Shown piece by piece: positions 29,001 to 39,400 of a stretch of 64,000 nt of DNA; the stretch's first letter is position 1, and each line of letters begins with the position of its first letter. The notes under the pieces were generated by a model. The model did no database searches. It had not been told where the DNA came from and saw only the letters and a list, made by a program, of their open reading frames with translations. The DNA comes from Yuukianura sp. NJ FZ-2021 (Eukaryota): positions 13,640,001 to 13,704,000 of the forward strand of contig CM102290.1 of NCBI GenBank assembly GCA_046563655.1. The letters run 5' to 3'. The position numbers were made by a program, and so were the translations under genes.

Positions 29001-31722
29001 AACGACACAACAGTAAACGTCTCCAACATGAAACTATAAAAAACTTTCCCTCACATCCACAAAACCACTTTTCCTTTATTCATCTTTTAACGCTTTAAGA
29101 TTATGTAAATAGTGGAAAGCTTCTGGTGAAAATCCTTCTTCAAACATTAAAACAAAGCTTTGGTAAACGTTTTCAAGTATTTGGAAAAGCAGTAAAAACT
29201 AAAGCTGTGCTACTTTAGTCCTTTCATCCCCAAGCTACAGGAGCAACAGGAACTATTCTAAATCCACCGAATTCGGAGTGACAGTGAAGAGCGAGTAGGT
29301 GGTCAGATGCGGTTGAGGTCGTTAGGCTCCGCTAATCATTTGTTTGGACCTAATTAGGTAAAAAGAGAAAGTGCCGGCGGGAAGAGAAAGCGTTCATGTT
29401 AATATTCGTCATATTTGAGCAATTCCAGCGTCGGTTGGATCATAATCCTTGACGAACCGTCGCTTACGGACAGAAGAGGAGGCTGGAGAGCGACAGTTTT
29501 GATGATTTAGCCAAAGGAAACTGTTAAATTGGAGCATGCCACACAACCGTCAACCTATTACAGATCCACCTTTCTCTTAGTAGTTCCAACCATAAAACAC
29601 AACTTTCCTGGAGGGCCTTTAGAATTTTGATAATGTTATTAAAGGGGATCCATTCCACAAACTGCTACACAATTACTCCCTTAAGTTACATTCGGAGGTC
29701 GGAGGTCACTCCTCCCTCCTCCCAACAAGTGGCAACAAATACTCCCAAGTTTCTCAAACCCTCCAGTAAAATAGCTTCTTTCTCTTTATATATTCAAGTT
29801 TTTATATATTCATCCTTTACCATTTCAAATTTACTTTTTTTCCTGTTTAAACTTCAATTTCAAGTCTGTTTTTTTATAGTTTAAAACAACAATTTGTAAA
29901 TAAAGTAGTGCTTCAATTGAGACACAGTCGGAGACTAAATGGATCAAATGCAAAGGAGACACTTTCAGCTACTGCCCCTGGAACTAAAAAACTTCTGTTG
30001 CTAATTTACCAAGGATGGTCCAATATCCATTGTGGTCTTATGGTAATTCCATACACTTACTTTTTACAGTAGATCAGCAAAATAAGATTGAAAGCACGAG
30101 AAAAAAAAACAGTTTCTCCATGGAGTCCTCTCCTTGGAGGCGAGGGACAAGGTTTGTGGACTTGTGATTTGCTTTAACAGGTTGAGTAATACCTCATACT
30201 TTTTTGATTTTACAAGAAACAGTATGTTTTCATTTCGGTGCATCGCAGTCATAACAATACAGCCAATGTTTTAAATCTTGCATACGAATTGCTAACAATT
30301 TTTCGGATTTGTACTAATATTCTTTTTTTTTTGTCAACAAGAGATGTAGTAGCCAACATGTTAAATAAAATTAAATTTTCGTTGTCAAGGAACCTTGGAG
30401 AGGAGGATTGTTTTAGTGTAATGAATATTTCGAAATAAGAACAGATTTAGGATTGCAGAAAAACAAATTTAGGGAAAACAAGAAACAAATTTGTTTTTGT
30501 TTCCAGTTGACGGAGAAAGTTGGCAGCGCGAGAGAAAGGAGCGGGAGATAAGTCGGAGCCAAGTGAAAGTCTCCGCGTCAGATTTGAAATGAATTACGAT
30601 GGAAAAATAATTATCGCTTTGATAAACATTTATGCCGGTCCTTGGATGGCCCTGTGCCCTCAGACCCCGGTTTAAAGTGAGGAGAGGCGGAAGTGACTAG
30701 TTGTTGAATGAAAAGTGGATTAGGCGGATACACTTGAGTTTTCATTCCACTTCTGGAACCACCATGTCTATTTGACCTAATCAGGGCAAGACCCACTCAA
30801 CAGGAGAACTGAATCAACAACAGGCAGGAACCTATGTTAATGGAGTCAGCAACTTCAGATGCGGGAAAAGTCTGTTCAGCCTCCATTTAGGATGAGAAAC
30901 GACTCTGACGAGATGAGCCGATTCCAATCTCAGACTTTACATCAAAGGAAAGAGAAGGTGGCTAAGTTTGGAGCCTGTACTTCCCAATTCCATGGAAAGC
31001 CTATCTCTTCCTTCCCCATTACTACAATGTCAATCAAACTAATTCAATTAATACACCGCCAACTTTTGTCTCACTTTCTCAAAAAGTCAATCCCTCTTCC
31101 CAACTCAAACACAACTTTTGACCTTACAGTGATAGTCTCGATTCCACACAGTTTGGAAAAACAACTCCAATTCTCTTAACTTTCACTTGGACGTAAAAAA
31201 ACTCAATTTGCAACTTTTCATAAGCTGTCAGAAGACAACACGAGACATAAAGGGGCGAGCTGGCTGTGTGGTTAAGCCGTCGATGTTTTCACTGATCGAC
31301 ATGAGTTCGCATCCAGTCAAAGGCAAAAAAAATATGAATCTGATTTAACTATCAATTATGGTCGTAGCAGGTAATTTGGTCGGAATGGCAGAGGTCGGCA
31401 GGCGTATATGGGATTTAGGTTAGGTTTGGTTAACCTTTCTAATGCTAGGGGTAGGTTAGGTTTGCCGACATCTGCGTTTTCGACCAATCCAATTCCGACC
31501 AAATTACCTGGAACCATTATGGTCGGCCTGGGTATAAGGGCGTAGGACTTCAATTATCGGCGATAATTTATCGCATCACAGAAAAACAGGATAATCTGAA
31601 TTATCTAAGATAGGTTATCTAAAATTATGTAAATTATCATTATATTATAAAAATGTTGACTTACTACTCGTATCCGGTTTGGATTGACTATTTGGTGAGG
31701 TGGCCCAGTTTACCTTCATTTC
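2024..31722 (-). CDS. TIAR: TIA-1/TIAR family RNA-binding protein (nucleolysin; Rox8/trivet-like), spliced gene span visible in window
   Basis: Eleven candidate exons join with GT-AG boundaries and matching phases. They encode an RRM1 end ([10 protein letters not shown]), RRM2 ([11 protein letters not shown]...SKGYGFVSF...[20 protein letters not shown]), RRM3 (NCTVYCGG...KGYAFIRF...VKCSWGKE) and a Q/G/Y-rich tail. The leader-exon isoform sums to 1185 nt (394 aa + stop). Confidence 0.96.
2128..2314 (-). CDS. TIAR: Prion-like domain exon ([13 protein letters not shown]...[11 protein letters not shown]); ends at 2155 if spliced, or reads VDKNRFLL* to 2128
   Basis: Acceptor tttgttgcag|G at 2314, phase 2, matching the upstream phase-2 donors; Q/G/M-rich low complexity. 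Confidence 0.9.
2437..2538 (-). CDS. TIAR: Q/N-rich 102-nt symmetric exon ([33 protein letters not shown])
   Basis: Acceptor ttttaatctcag|G, donor TG|gtaaat; phase 2-2, open frame, prion-like composition. Confidence 0.72.
3242..3435 (-). CDS. TIAR: Q/G/Y-rich exon (QQPYGYG...[11 protein letters not shown]...GYQQGYMG)
   Basis: Acceptor tttacttttgtgcag|CAA (phase 0), donor GG|gtaagg (phase 2). Confidence 0.92.
3508..3631 (-). CDS. TIAR: RRM3 second half ([15 protein letters not shown]...[18 protein letters not shown])
   Basis: Acceptor cactttcag|G, donor CAG|gtagcc; typical TIA-1 RRM3 end. Confidence 0.95.
3802..3985 (-). CDS. TIAR: Linker and RRM3 first half ([21 protein letters not shown]...[10 protein letters not shown])
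   Basis: Acceptor tttgtttgcag|TG, donor CG|gtatgc; RNP2 and RNP1 motifs. Confidence 0.97.
6566..6815 (+). mobile_element. CAAGG-terminal MITE family A (P/hAT-like)
   Basis: CAAGGT...ACCTTG ends; flanks atttactc/atttagtc (7/8 TSD); homologous to the 15088, 27162 and 30148 copies. Confidence 0.9.
11038..11408. repeat. ~21-bp minisatellite (actgatggctacatggctact)n
   Basis: About 17 degenerate tandem units; source of spurious ORFs. Confidence 0.92.
12244..12395 (+). mobile_element. tRNA-derived SINE
   Basis: A-box TAGCTCAGTGG, B-box GGTTCGAGTC; body shared with four other copies. Confidence 0.8.
12700..12802 (-). CDS. TIAR: RRM2 third exon ([34 protein letters not shown])
   Basis: Acceptor tttttgtgcag|GAA, donor G|gtaagc; hallmark TIA-1 motif; not in the ORF track. 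Confidence 0.96.
13228..13303 (-). CDS. TIAR: RRM2 second exon ([25 protein letters not shown])
   Basis: Acceptor ttttgtttccag|A, donor ACG|gtaagt; RNP1 KGYGFVSF. Confidence 0.96.
13804..14080. repeat. Degenerate repeat with internal (gatttatcca)n units, probable transposon remnant
   Basis: Repeated gatttatcc motifs at ~13949-14030 and inverse ggataaa motifs at ~13840-13885. Confidence 0.5.
15088..15351 (+). mobile_element. CAAGG-terminal MITE family A
   Basis: Full-length match to the 6566 copy; TSD degraded. Confidence 0.88.
15505..15615 (+). mobile_element. tRNA-derived SINE
   Basis: TAGCTCAATGG...GGTTCAAGTCCCACTCGGTT, T-run and shared body. Confidence 0.8.
16427..16677. mobile_element. 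Degenerate MITE related to 21983-22117
   Basis: Shared end cgctaatgacctgc and agttcca(c/t)tgttgcc repeats. Confidence 0.55.
17688..18106. mobile_element. Old inverted-repeat element with a nested degenerate hAT-like MITE (~17817-18005)
   Basis: Outer arms atttcgtcgattgaattactgc / gcagtaattcattcgacgaaat; the inner part aligns with 44752-44948. Confidence 0.7.
19346..19640. mobile_element. Foldback-like element with internally repeated inverted arms
   Basis: aaa(a/c)agccaa(a/t)t repeats on the left, attggctcttt repeats on the right, taacctaac and (aaatc)n in the core. Confidence 0.7.
21983..22117. mobile_element. Short MITE
   Basis: Terminal inverted repeat (TIR) gcaggtaattaacgcgaaaa / ttttcgcgctaatgacctgc. 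Confidence 0.65.
23787..23874 (-). CDS. TIAR: RRM2 first exon ([29 protein letters not shown])
   Basis: Acceptor ttctcttttttcag|AG, donor TC|gtaagt; RNP2 IFVGDL. Confidence 0.96.
24065..24301. mobile_element. CAAGG-terminal MITE family C
   Basis: CAAGGTTCC...GGAACCTTG; flanks ggtttgcac/ggttcgcac. Confidence 0.78.
25277..25656. repeat. Array of palindromic aatccggatt motifs, probable MITE
   Basis: More than 10 aatccg(g/a)att units; weak ends tgtaaat/atttaca. Confidence 0.7.
26098..26242 (-). CDS. TIAR: Alternative N-terminal leader exon ([48 protein letters not shown])
   Basis: ATG at 26242; phase-1 donor TCAG|gtatgg joins the RRM2 exon as ...NKSEHYHIF; GC-richer coding-like island; resembles (from memory) the leader of insect trivet-like two-RRM proteins. 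Confidence 0.82.
27162..27428 (-). mobile_element. CAAGG-terminal MITE family A, inverted orientation
   Basis: Perfect 8-bp TSD gtcacaat. Confidence 0.93.
28672..28869. mobile_element. Tc1/pogo-like MITE
   Basis: TIR ctgtattttcttgcatataac / gttatgtgcgagaaaatacgg-ta. Confidence 0.72.
30148..30397 (+). mobile_element. CAAGG-terminal MITE family A (older copy)
   Basis: Full-length diverged match to the other family A copies. Confidence 0.85.
31252..31332 (+). mobile_element. tRNA-like SINE head of a different family
   Basis: TGGCTGTGTGGTT A-box-like, GAGTTCGCATCC B-box-like, followed by an A-run. Confidence 0.45.
31365..31515. mobile_element. Mutator-like MITE with (taggt)n core
   Basis: TIR caggtaatttggtcggaat / attccgaccaaattacctg; 10-bp direct repeat attatggtcg on both sides. 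Confidence 0.82.
31665..31722 (-). CDS. TIAR: RRM1 C-terminal/linker exon ([19 protein letters not shown])
   Basis: Acceptor tttctctttgcag|GAA, donor A|gtaagt (phase 1, gives ...DTSKHYHIF); KVNWAT.P is the conserved end of TIA-1 RRM1. Confidence 0.92.
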
Positions 31723-33514
31723 CTGCAAAGAGAAAAAGACAAACGACTGTTAAACTTATGTCCACAAAGTTTTACACTGTAAATTATAAAGTGAAAAAGG
31801 AGAAAGGGGTTTCTAAATTTATATATACAAAGAAAATAAAGCTTTTGCTTCACTTCAAGAGGATTATGAGAGAAAAATTCAGTAATTAGAGAAAGAGGAA
31901 AAGAATCATCGTCCTTCCTTGCGGGAAACGTCTCAGTATAAGAAAAAAAAAGAAATAAAGTTACTTGAGCAGAAGCAAAAGGAAGAGACAGCGGAAAGTA
32001 AAAGTCTTAAATCCTAAAAAAGTCTTTTAAAGAGGGAGAGGGGCTATAAGACTCCAGAAGAGCGGGAGGAGCATGAAAATGACACGGAAGGACATCTCCC
32101 ACATTCTCTACAATGACTCTGGCCTAATAAAATAAATTCAGTTTCATCTCTAATGGGCGGCTGTAGCATAGAAACAATGCCCAAACCCTCTCACAATTCA
32201 AATCCTACCCAAACGGCTACGTTTTTCATCTTTTCCAGAGAAATGGACTAAAAAAAAAGAGAAAGGCAAGTTTCCCTGCTGAGGATATTCCGCATCTGCC
32301 GCGCGGAAAAGTTGTGTTATGAGTTAGTTACTTCCTTCACCACACAACAGGTCACACTAACAACGTCCGAACTTAATCTCACTCCACAGGATCTCACCAG
32401 ATTTTTATTACTTCCCAACTTACTCCTTGGTGAAAGTAGAGGATTCCTGCACAGGAGTAATTAGGAAAGACAGAATCTATTTCCAAGGACCCCCTCACAA
32501 CTTGCTCTTCTCTTACGAAATAGAACAATTCAACAAAAAAGAGAAAGCAACACGCTATGCCCAAGAGATTTAGCCCCACCCAAAACCATTTCATATCTTT
32601 CCCGTGGCCGCATTGCTCTAATGCAAAATTAAAAGATCTCAACTCCACACAACCTTGAACGTTGAAATAATTTTTCCAAAGTCAAAAATTGAATTTGAGT
32701 TGGGAGCCTCCTCAGAGTCACCTCAACCAGAATCAAATTCTCTTTACAATTTTTCTGTTATTTCTTGGCTCTATGAAACTCTATCCGCCCTTTCTCCACC
32801 AACTTTTCCTTGGGAAAGAGCTATCAAAATTCCCAGATCTCTTGAGACAAAGTTTTTCAAAGGAAGAATGAGCCTCAACGTTGTGGAAAGTGAAGGGGAA
32901 TGAAAACTTCCCTCTTATTTCCTGTTTGAAAACATCCTATCAATATCAAATGAGGAACCAACCTAACCAGTACCACAAAGTCTTCAATTTCCAAAGTCCA
33001 CAAAGGTTATTTAACCTCCTAGCTTCCACATTCCACTTTTACGGTTCGGAAGAAGTAGCGATTTGACTCCGAGTTACAATTTCCTCCCTGTGGGAAAATG
33101 GGGCCTAACGTAATTCCTGCCTCCAAAACACTAATACTTGAATTTCTCCACTTTGGAACCGCAGCAGAGAGAGGGAAAGGGGGGCCATTCCGAAATTAAA
33201 CATGACATGGAGATTGGACTGGTTTCGTCGAGGAACGTCCCAAAGTGACGACCAGGCCCAACCACTTCTCCAGAGACCCCTTCACCAACTTTTACTTCTT
33301 CACACGTAGAGAGCATGCTTAGGCTGCGACGAGACCAAATTAAGATTCATCCCACAATGTAGTCCTCTGATCCACATTTCACTGACATTCTCTAACGTAA
33401 CACTCTCCCCCTCTCAAATTCCGTCCAACATGCACAACAAATGTAATAAATTAGTCCGCACCAAATGAGAGAAGTCTTCAGGGAGAGAGAGTTAGCGTAT
33501 GCGGAAATTAAAGC

Positions 33515-33670
33515 ATGCCCTCTAACCTACCGAGAGGGCGCTGTGAACTCAGGGCTCTCATGGCTTGAGAGACAAAGGATAAGAGTACAGGAAAAAAAAA
33601 TGAACCGAGTGGGATTCGAACCCTCGCCTCTTCTATCGCGGCAGCACTCTAACCCTTGAGCTACACGCTC
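33515..33670 (-). mobile_element. tRNA-derived SINE (most complete copy)
   Basis: Minus strand reads TAGCTCAAGGG...GGTTCGAATCCCACTCGGTT with the shared 3' body. Confidence 0.83.
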
Positions 33671-34551
33671 TTTTCAAATCTACAGTTCCGCAACCAATTT
33701 GACTAGAAATTGGGAAGTGTTAGGGTCAATGTAGACCATGAATAATAAAAAGTGGCTGGAATCAAAAGACCAAGGGAAACTGCCTATTAATCTACACACA
33801 AAATCCTCTTATTATCGTTAAACAAATGACAAAAAGAAAAGTGTATTGTGTTGTGGATAGGCGCATGTGTGGGAAAGTGTGAGTGTACTTAGAGTGAAAG
33901 TGGCCACCATTCTCAGCCTAAGATTCAACGGTGGTGCTGGAAAATAATCTTTGAAGAAACATATTCATAAAGCGGAATCTACTTGAGTTCTTGGTGGGGA
34001 AGTGGTGGGCCCCATGTGAATGGGTACTAACTACTCCCGTAACTCTGGCAAAGAGAACTTCCAGCTCACACTGGAAAGTGAGAGAACGTGGTTACTGGAT
34101 TTGATAAAAGAAATATACATAATACGCCATTTTCACCAGGAGAAAGAGGAAGAAAGTCCCCATCAGGAAGGATTGGACTGAGGGAAGGAAGCTCCAAATG
34201 GGAAATGGAATGGAGACAACGAGTAATACAGAGAGGGTGGACCAGATAAAGTTCCATTCCCTATTCCACACCACGTCTCTCTTCTCTCTTGTTCTATAAA
34301 ATGTAGACATAACGACGCAAAAACTACTGTCAAAACGGAAAAAGTCATTGGACAGAATGAAACAAACTCCACGACTCCACAGAACCCCACCCGCTTTGAC
34401 CAGCAGTCCACCACTTACTTAAAAAATCAAATAAACATTGGGATCTTAAAATTCAAACTGCTTTCTTCTTCAATTCCTATTTTAAACTCATGCTTTTTTC
34501 ATAACGACACAAATGGTGCGAAACATGTTTGCGAAGCTGCAATCTCACGTC

Positions 34552-34929
34552 TAAAGGTCGCAAATTCGAATTTGGATTCGAATTCATATTCGAATATTCG
34601 GCTCTTTTTGGAAAATTCGAAATTCGAATTTTAAGCCCCCGAATTCAAATTTGACCCAAAAATTAGACCAAATATTGATTTCCACAGTAAATTTAAAGGA
34701 TTTATGTTTAAATTGTTCACAATTTCCTCTATAACGATTTATCGCGGCGTACAACAGCACGGTAGTTAAAATGGTACTCCTTGCTATGCTATTTGGATTT
34801 CTTTTGTTCCGCTTATAATTGAGCGGAAAGATTCAGATTCGAAATTTAAATTCGAAATTCGAATATTCGACTCCTTTTTTTAGAATTCGAAATTCGAATT
34901 TCAAAAATGCTTCGAATTTGCGACCCCTA
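34552..34929. mobile_element. hAT-like MITE rich in ttcgaa palindromes
   Basis: TIR ta(aa/gg)ggtcgcaaattcgaa; perfect 8-bp TSD ctcacgtc. Confidence 0.9.
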
Positions 34930-36192
34930 CTCACGTCCCTCTACATATCGAAAAATTTCTTTCTCTTTGCTGTTAAACTGTAATAATTTGTGTTGAATCA
35001 ACCAAAAGAACTAAGCGGATTGACCTCAATGTGACCAGAAAACTCAATTCAGCCTATTTCGTATGGATTGACGTCATTTTTGGAAATTTGAGAATCAAAT
35101 GTACAAAAATGCCTCAGAGACCAAAGTCCAATCTCTTGATTTCATTTCCAACACACACAAAACCATTTGCCCAAACGTTTTAATTATGTGGAGCCTAGCC
35201 GTACTTTTATTCCCCTTCTTACAGTAGCGTAACAGTTAAAACTAAAAGAGCCAAGTTTCCCTATCGCTTGTCCCAATCTCCATCCTAGTCTAATCTCCTT
35301 CCTCACATGCATGCAACTTGACTTGGAAATGAACAGCGGAGGTCCATTTCCCAAACTAATTCCGACTTTGTTCTAGAAAGCTCAACGCCAAAAGTGAAAG
35401 GAGAGCATAAAGCATAACACTTCTCACTCCAACGTCCAACGTGGGATTCCTTCCAACAAACTCCTGCCACTTTAAGTAACTCGAGAAAGAGCCAAAGAAA
35501 ATGGATCGGTTTCTAAAATTCTCATCCCGCTCTGTATTTAAACAAGATGAATTCCCTATATCCCCTACCAATTCCAAAAAAGTCTTGGAAAAATAGTGTA
35601 ACAGTTTGTTCGTCTACGAGAGAAACCCGCACCCCCAAAACCCCTCTCCCACGCCCCACCCCCCGCACAAAACGCCTTTCTCCCCCCTTTAAAACCAAGA
35701 GAGAGAACTCTTGGAATGTTTTCCTTTTGACTCAAGTAATTATTAAATGTCTGAAATTCTTTTTACAACTTTCACCTGCGGCCTCCACACAGCGAGAAAG
35801 GAGAGAAAGCAGCGGGAGTCTTGAAGTTCCTCCACTTCAAACTCCCCACCTCCCGCCCTCTTCCCTCCGAATTGTTTTCTTTTATTCACATCAACCGCCT
35901 CTCTATAAAATAAATGGAAAAATTTAATTAATGTGCTCCTCCAGGGACAGACATAGGGACACACCAACTTCGGCTCTTACTTTCTCCTCCTCAGGTTTCA
36001 ATTACGAACCGGTTAGGCTCACAACAGATTCTCTCCAGTCATAATGGGTTTACGTAACTCTCTTTTTTTCAATCTCCGTTCAAATATTCTATTCCACCAA
36101 CATTACTTTATTTATTCCATTTTTCCACATTCACGAATTAAGTTATTTCTAACAATTACCCCAAAATACCTCCGTCCCTACTCCTGTTTCAC

Positions 36193-36496
36193 CAAGGTTC
36201 GTAAATAAAGAAAAATATTTTCTACGCCAGGTTGTCCAATAAGTCGGGTTGTTCAATTGTTTGTCAAAATTTGCGAAAATGAAACCAGTTAAACTTCACC
36301 TCGATTTCTATGGCAATTTTTGACTTTTTGTCCATTTTTCCCCCCTTATTCCTATGCGATTTAGTTTGAAAAAAAAAATTGGGGGAATAATTATAAACAA
36401 AATTGGGGAAAAATTATTTGATGCAAGATTCTTGAAAATACCGAGGAATTGAACAACCTGTTGTAGGAAATACAATTCGGTTGTCAAGGAACCTTG
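36193..36496 (+). mobile_element. CAAGG-terminal MITE family B
   Basis: CAAGGTTC...GAACCTTG; perfect 8-bp TSD tgtttcac. Confidence 0.92.
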
Positions 36497-39400
36497 TGTT
36501 TCACGTTCAAATTCAAAACTCAAGTCAGTTGTTCCTTGGAAATTCTGAGGATTATAGAAAGGTTTTCCTTTTTCGTAACAAATTCTTCCAGAGATTTCTT
36601 GATCCAGATTTGAGAAACGAAGAAAATCATTAAAAATTCTCAAAATTGTACAAAAACCAAGCTAATGCACTCCCCAAAATCACAACAACATAAAAATGTA
36701 ATCAATGAGAACATAAACAAGTTGGGAAGCTCATCAGCCAGTTAATTAGAGAAACGCTAATACAGAATACAAAGATTTACTTTCATGAATCGTAGTATCA
36801 GTAAAAATGAATTCCTAGAAAAAAAGCTTCCCTCAACTCAAAAACCAAAAAGACGTCACGAGTAGCAACAAATTCCAACTTTGAGGCAAGTTTCCCAAAA
36901 GACTGCTACATGTACAATTGTGTTTGTTTGAACAATTGCACAAAGAGGGTCTTAGTTGTTAACCGTAAAATTCTAAAACAAGAAGCGTTGAAACTTAAAA
37001 CACAATCGACTAAAAAGAAAATAACCCTCTAATAAGGACACTCCTACATCATAGTCAAATGAGAACCGAAATATTAATTTTCACAAACTCTAACTACTCT
37101 ATTCGCTGCATTTACATAGAAAACACATAAACCTTTCGGCAGAAAATGACAGAGACAGTAGAGAGAGAGAGAAAGCATGAGACGTAGTTCGCGTTGTTTT
37201 TCCCCTGCTAGCAACAAACAGCCAAAAAGGACAGACTTTGGAGAATTTTAGAGTTTTGAGGTAGTATTTCCCATTGTAAATAAAATATCCCACATTTAAT
37301 GACCTTCAAACACTAAACTTTGAACCATCATCCAAAAATCCTGAGAATGCTTTCCTTGTTCTGTTCCGGAGAAAGAACGTAGCTTTTATGTCGTCTTTTC
37401 ATGCTACTGCAGGAAGGTTGGAAAACACGAAGAGGCGAGTGTAAGGCTTAATGACATGCCTAATTTAAACCCCCACTCCCTATTCATTAACCCACTTCCT
37501 TCATCACGTACATTTACACTTACGGAATAAAACCCAAGCCCCTGACCTCAAACACTCTCCTTCTTCCTCTCCTTTCTCTCAAATTAAAAAAATTCCTTCA
37601 ATTTTTTCTTCAAAAAAGAAAAACCGTGGTTTTTGGCAGGCATGTAAACAAGGCAAACAAGAGTTTAGCAGGCGGACAGCGACTCATAAATTTGTGAACT
37701 CACCATAAAATAGAGATTGGACTTGGAAGCATAAAAATCATAAGCCTATGCTCCCTGTTAGTGTAAAAACAGAAAACTGGAACAGTATTTTCGTACTAAA
37801 AGAGAAAACGTACTTTCACCAGAACATTTTTCCAGATTTAGAGATTCGACCAATTCAGAAATTCCCCAAACATCTTCTGACAATCGACAACTGTTACCCA
37901 AAAAACTAAAAAAAAATCATAGCAGAATAAATTAACTACTTAGTACTTTGGAGTAAATACGGTAAAAAGTGAAAGTATTCTCCAATGTACTCCAATACTA
38001 TAAATCGAGCTTCCAGAATTCTAAAAAGTGTTGTACACGCAGAGATTCGTCTCAAAAGCAAAGCTAGAGCTAAAAGACAAGTCCTGGACACAAGATTCGA
38101 AAGAAGTTAAAAGCTTTATTCCTTGTCCTCACTCGGCTCAAAGTCAATTCTTTTTCGTCGTAACTCTTTTTTGATCGAATTTGAGAGAAACGTACTTTGT
38201 CAAAAAGAAAGTCAGAGGACGTGTTTGAGAGTCATGAATTTCTAATGGATCCTTGATGATGGCTAGGTTCATTTCCACCAAGTACACTCTTGCTCAAATG
38301 AATTCCACTTTATCTCCTTTCACTTTCTCCTTCTTCCATCAAAAGAACCAGTCTCATCCCCCAAGTCCAACGACTACGGAATTGATAGAATGGCCAAAAT
38401 TTCCTCACTTTGGAACGACATTTTCCAGATTTTAAGAAGATTTGAGTCGCCCTTTACAGGCTCCCTTGGGTAAGGAACATGTAAAAATCTTAGTGCCAGG
38501 CCAAACGACTTTCACTTTCTTCTTTTTAGTCATCCAAGTGACGGTTTTGACTCGAGAGCTCTCCAACTCCATCTCTGCACCAGTTCCTGCACCACTTTGA
38601 GCTCAACTTTCTCCAACACTGCACACTCCCAAAGAAAGTTAAAACAAAGCTCCTACACCCCACTACAGACCTTATATAAGCGGAAACCTGAGTACAAAAG
38701 CCAACAAACGGGATGGTTTAACGACAACGTCTTTATCTTTTGACAAAATGACACAAAAACTAAAGGAGGAATGATGATGAGACATGCTTTGAGATTAAGC
38801 GACTTTCTTGTCTTTTTTCTTTTCCCACTGCATAATGGCTATGGAGACCTAAACAAAGGCTGGGGTGTGATATTTCGATAAACAAAAGATTACTTTACAT
38901 CATTATACTAACAAAGTGGAGCCCTATCGAGCCTAATTACTCGTGAAAAGCCATTGTCTACACTTTAAGTTCTCTTTTAGCCACAAGTACCTAACTTATG
39001 CAGAAGAAGCCTTGTATAAAAATGAGAGAAAGTGTAATAGTAAGGTTTCGGGCGTTGTATCAATGGAAATTGAAAGAGCGAGAAAAAAAGCAGACGGAAT
39101 TCATAAAGAACCCACCTTCGCGCTCCTCACTCGGAGAGTTTTAGGTTTCCTCCCACTCAGTTAATAAACAAGAAGAGGGCAGAAATTTGTGAATCCGGAT
39201 CGTTTTGGCTCCTGGAAGGAAGTGAGCAAGAGACAGAGAGATAGACAACGACAGAGGTGGCCCGCCTCATCCTTATGAAAACATGATGGGAGCTGAAATA
39301 ATGATGAAAGGAGGGACTGTTATTATTCTGCAATGCCTCAAACTGGAGGAGGAGCAGGAGAAAGTACAAGAAAAAAGAGGCCTCGAATAAAAACAAACGA

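Noticed and set aside
33560..33670. tRNA gene (also 12244, 15505, 41655, 57866, 31252)
   Set aside because: A/B boxes are present but there is no consistent cloverleaf, and five of the six share a non-tRNA body, so these are SINEs.
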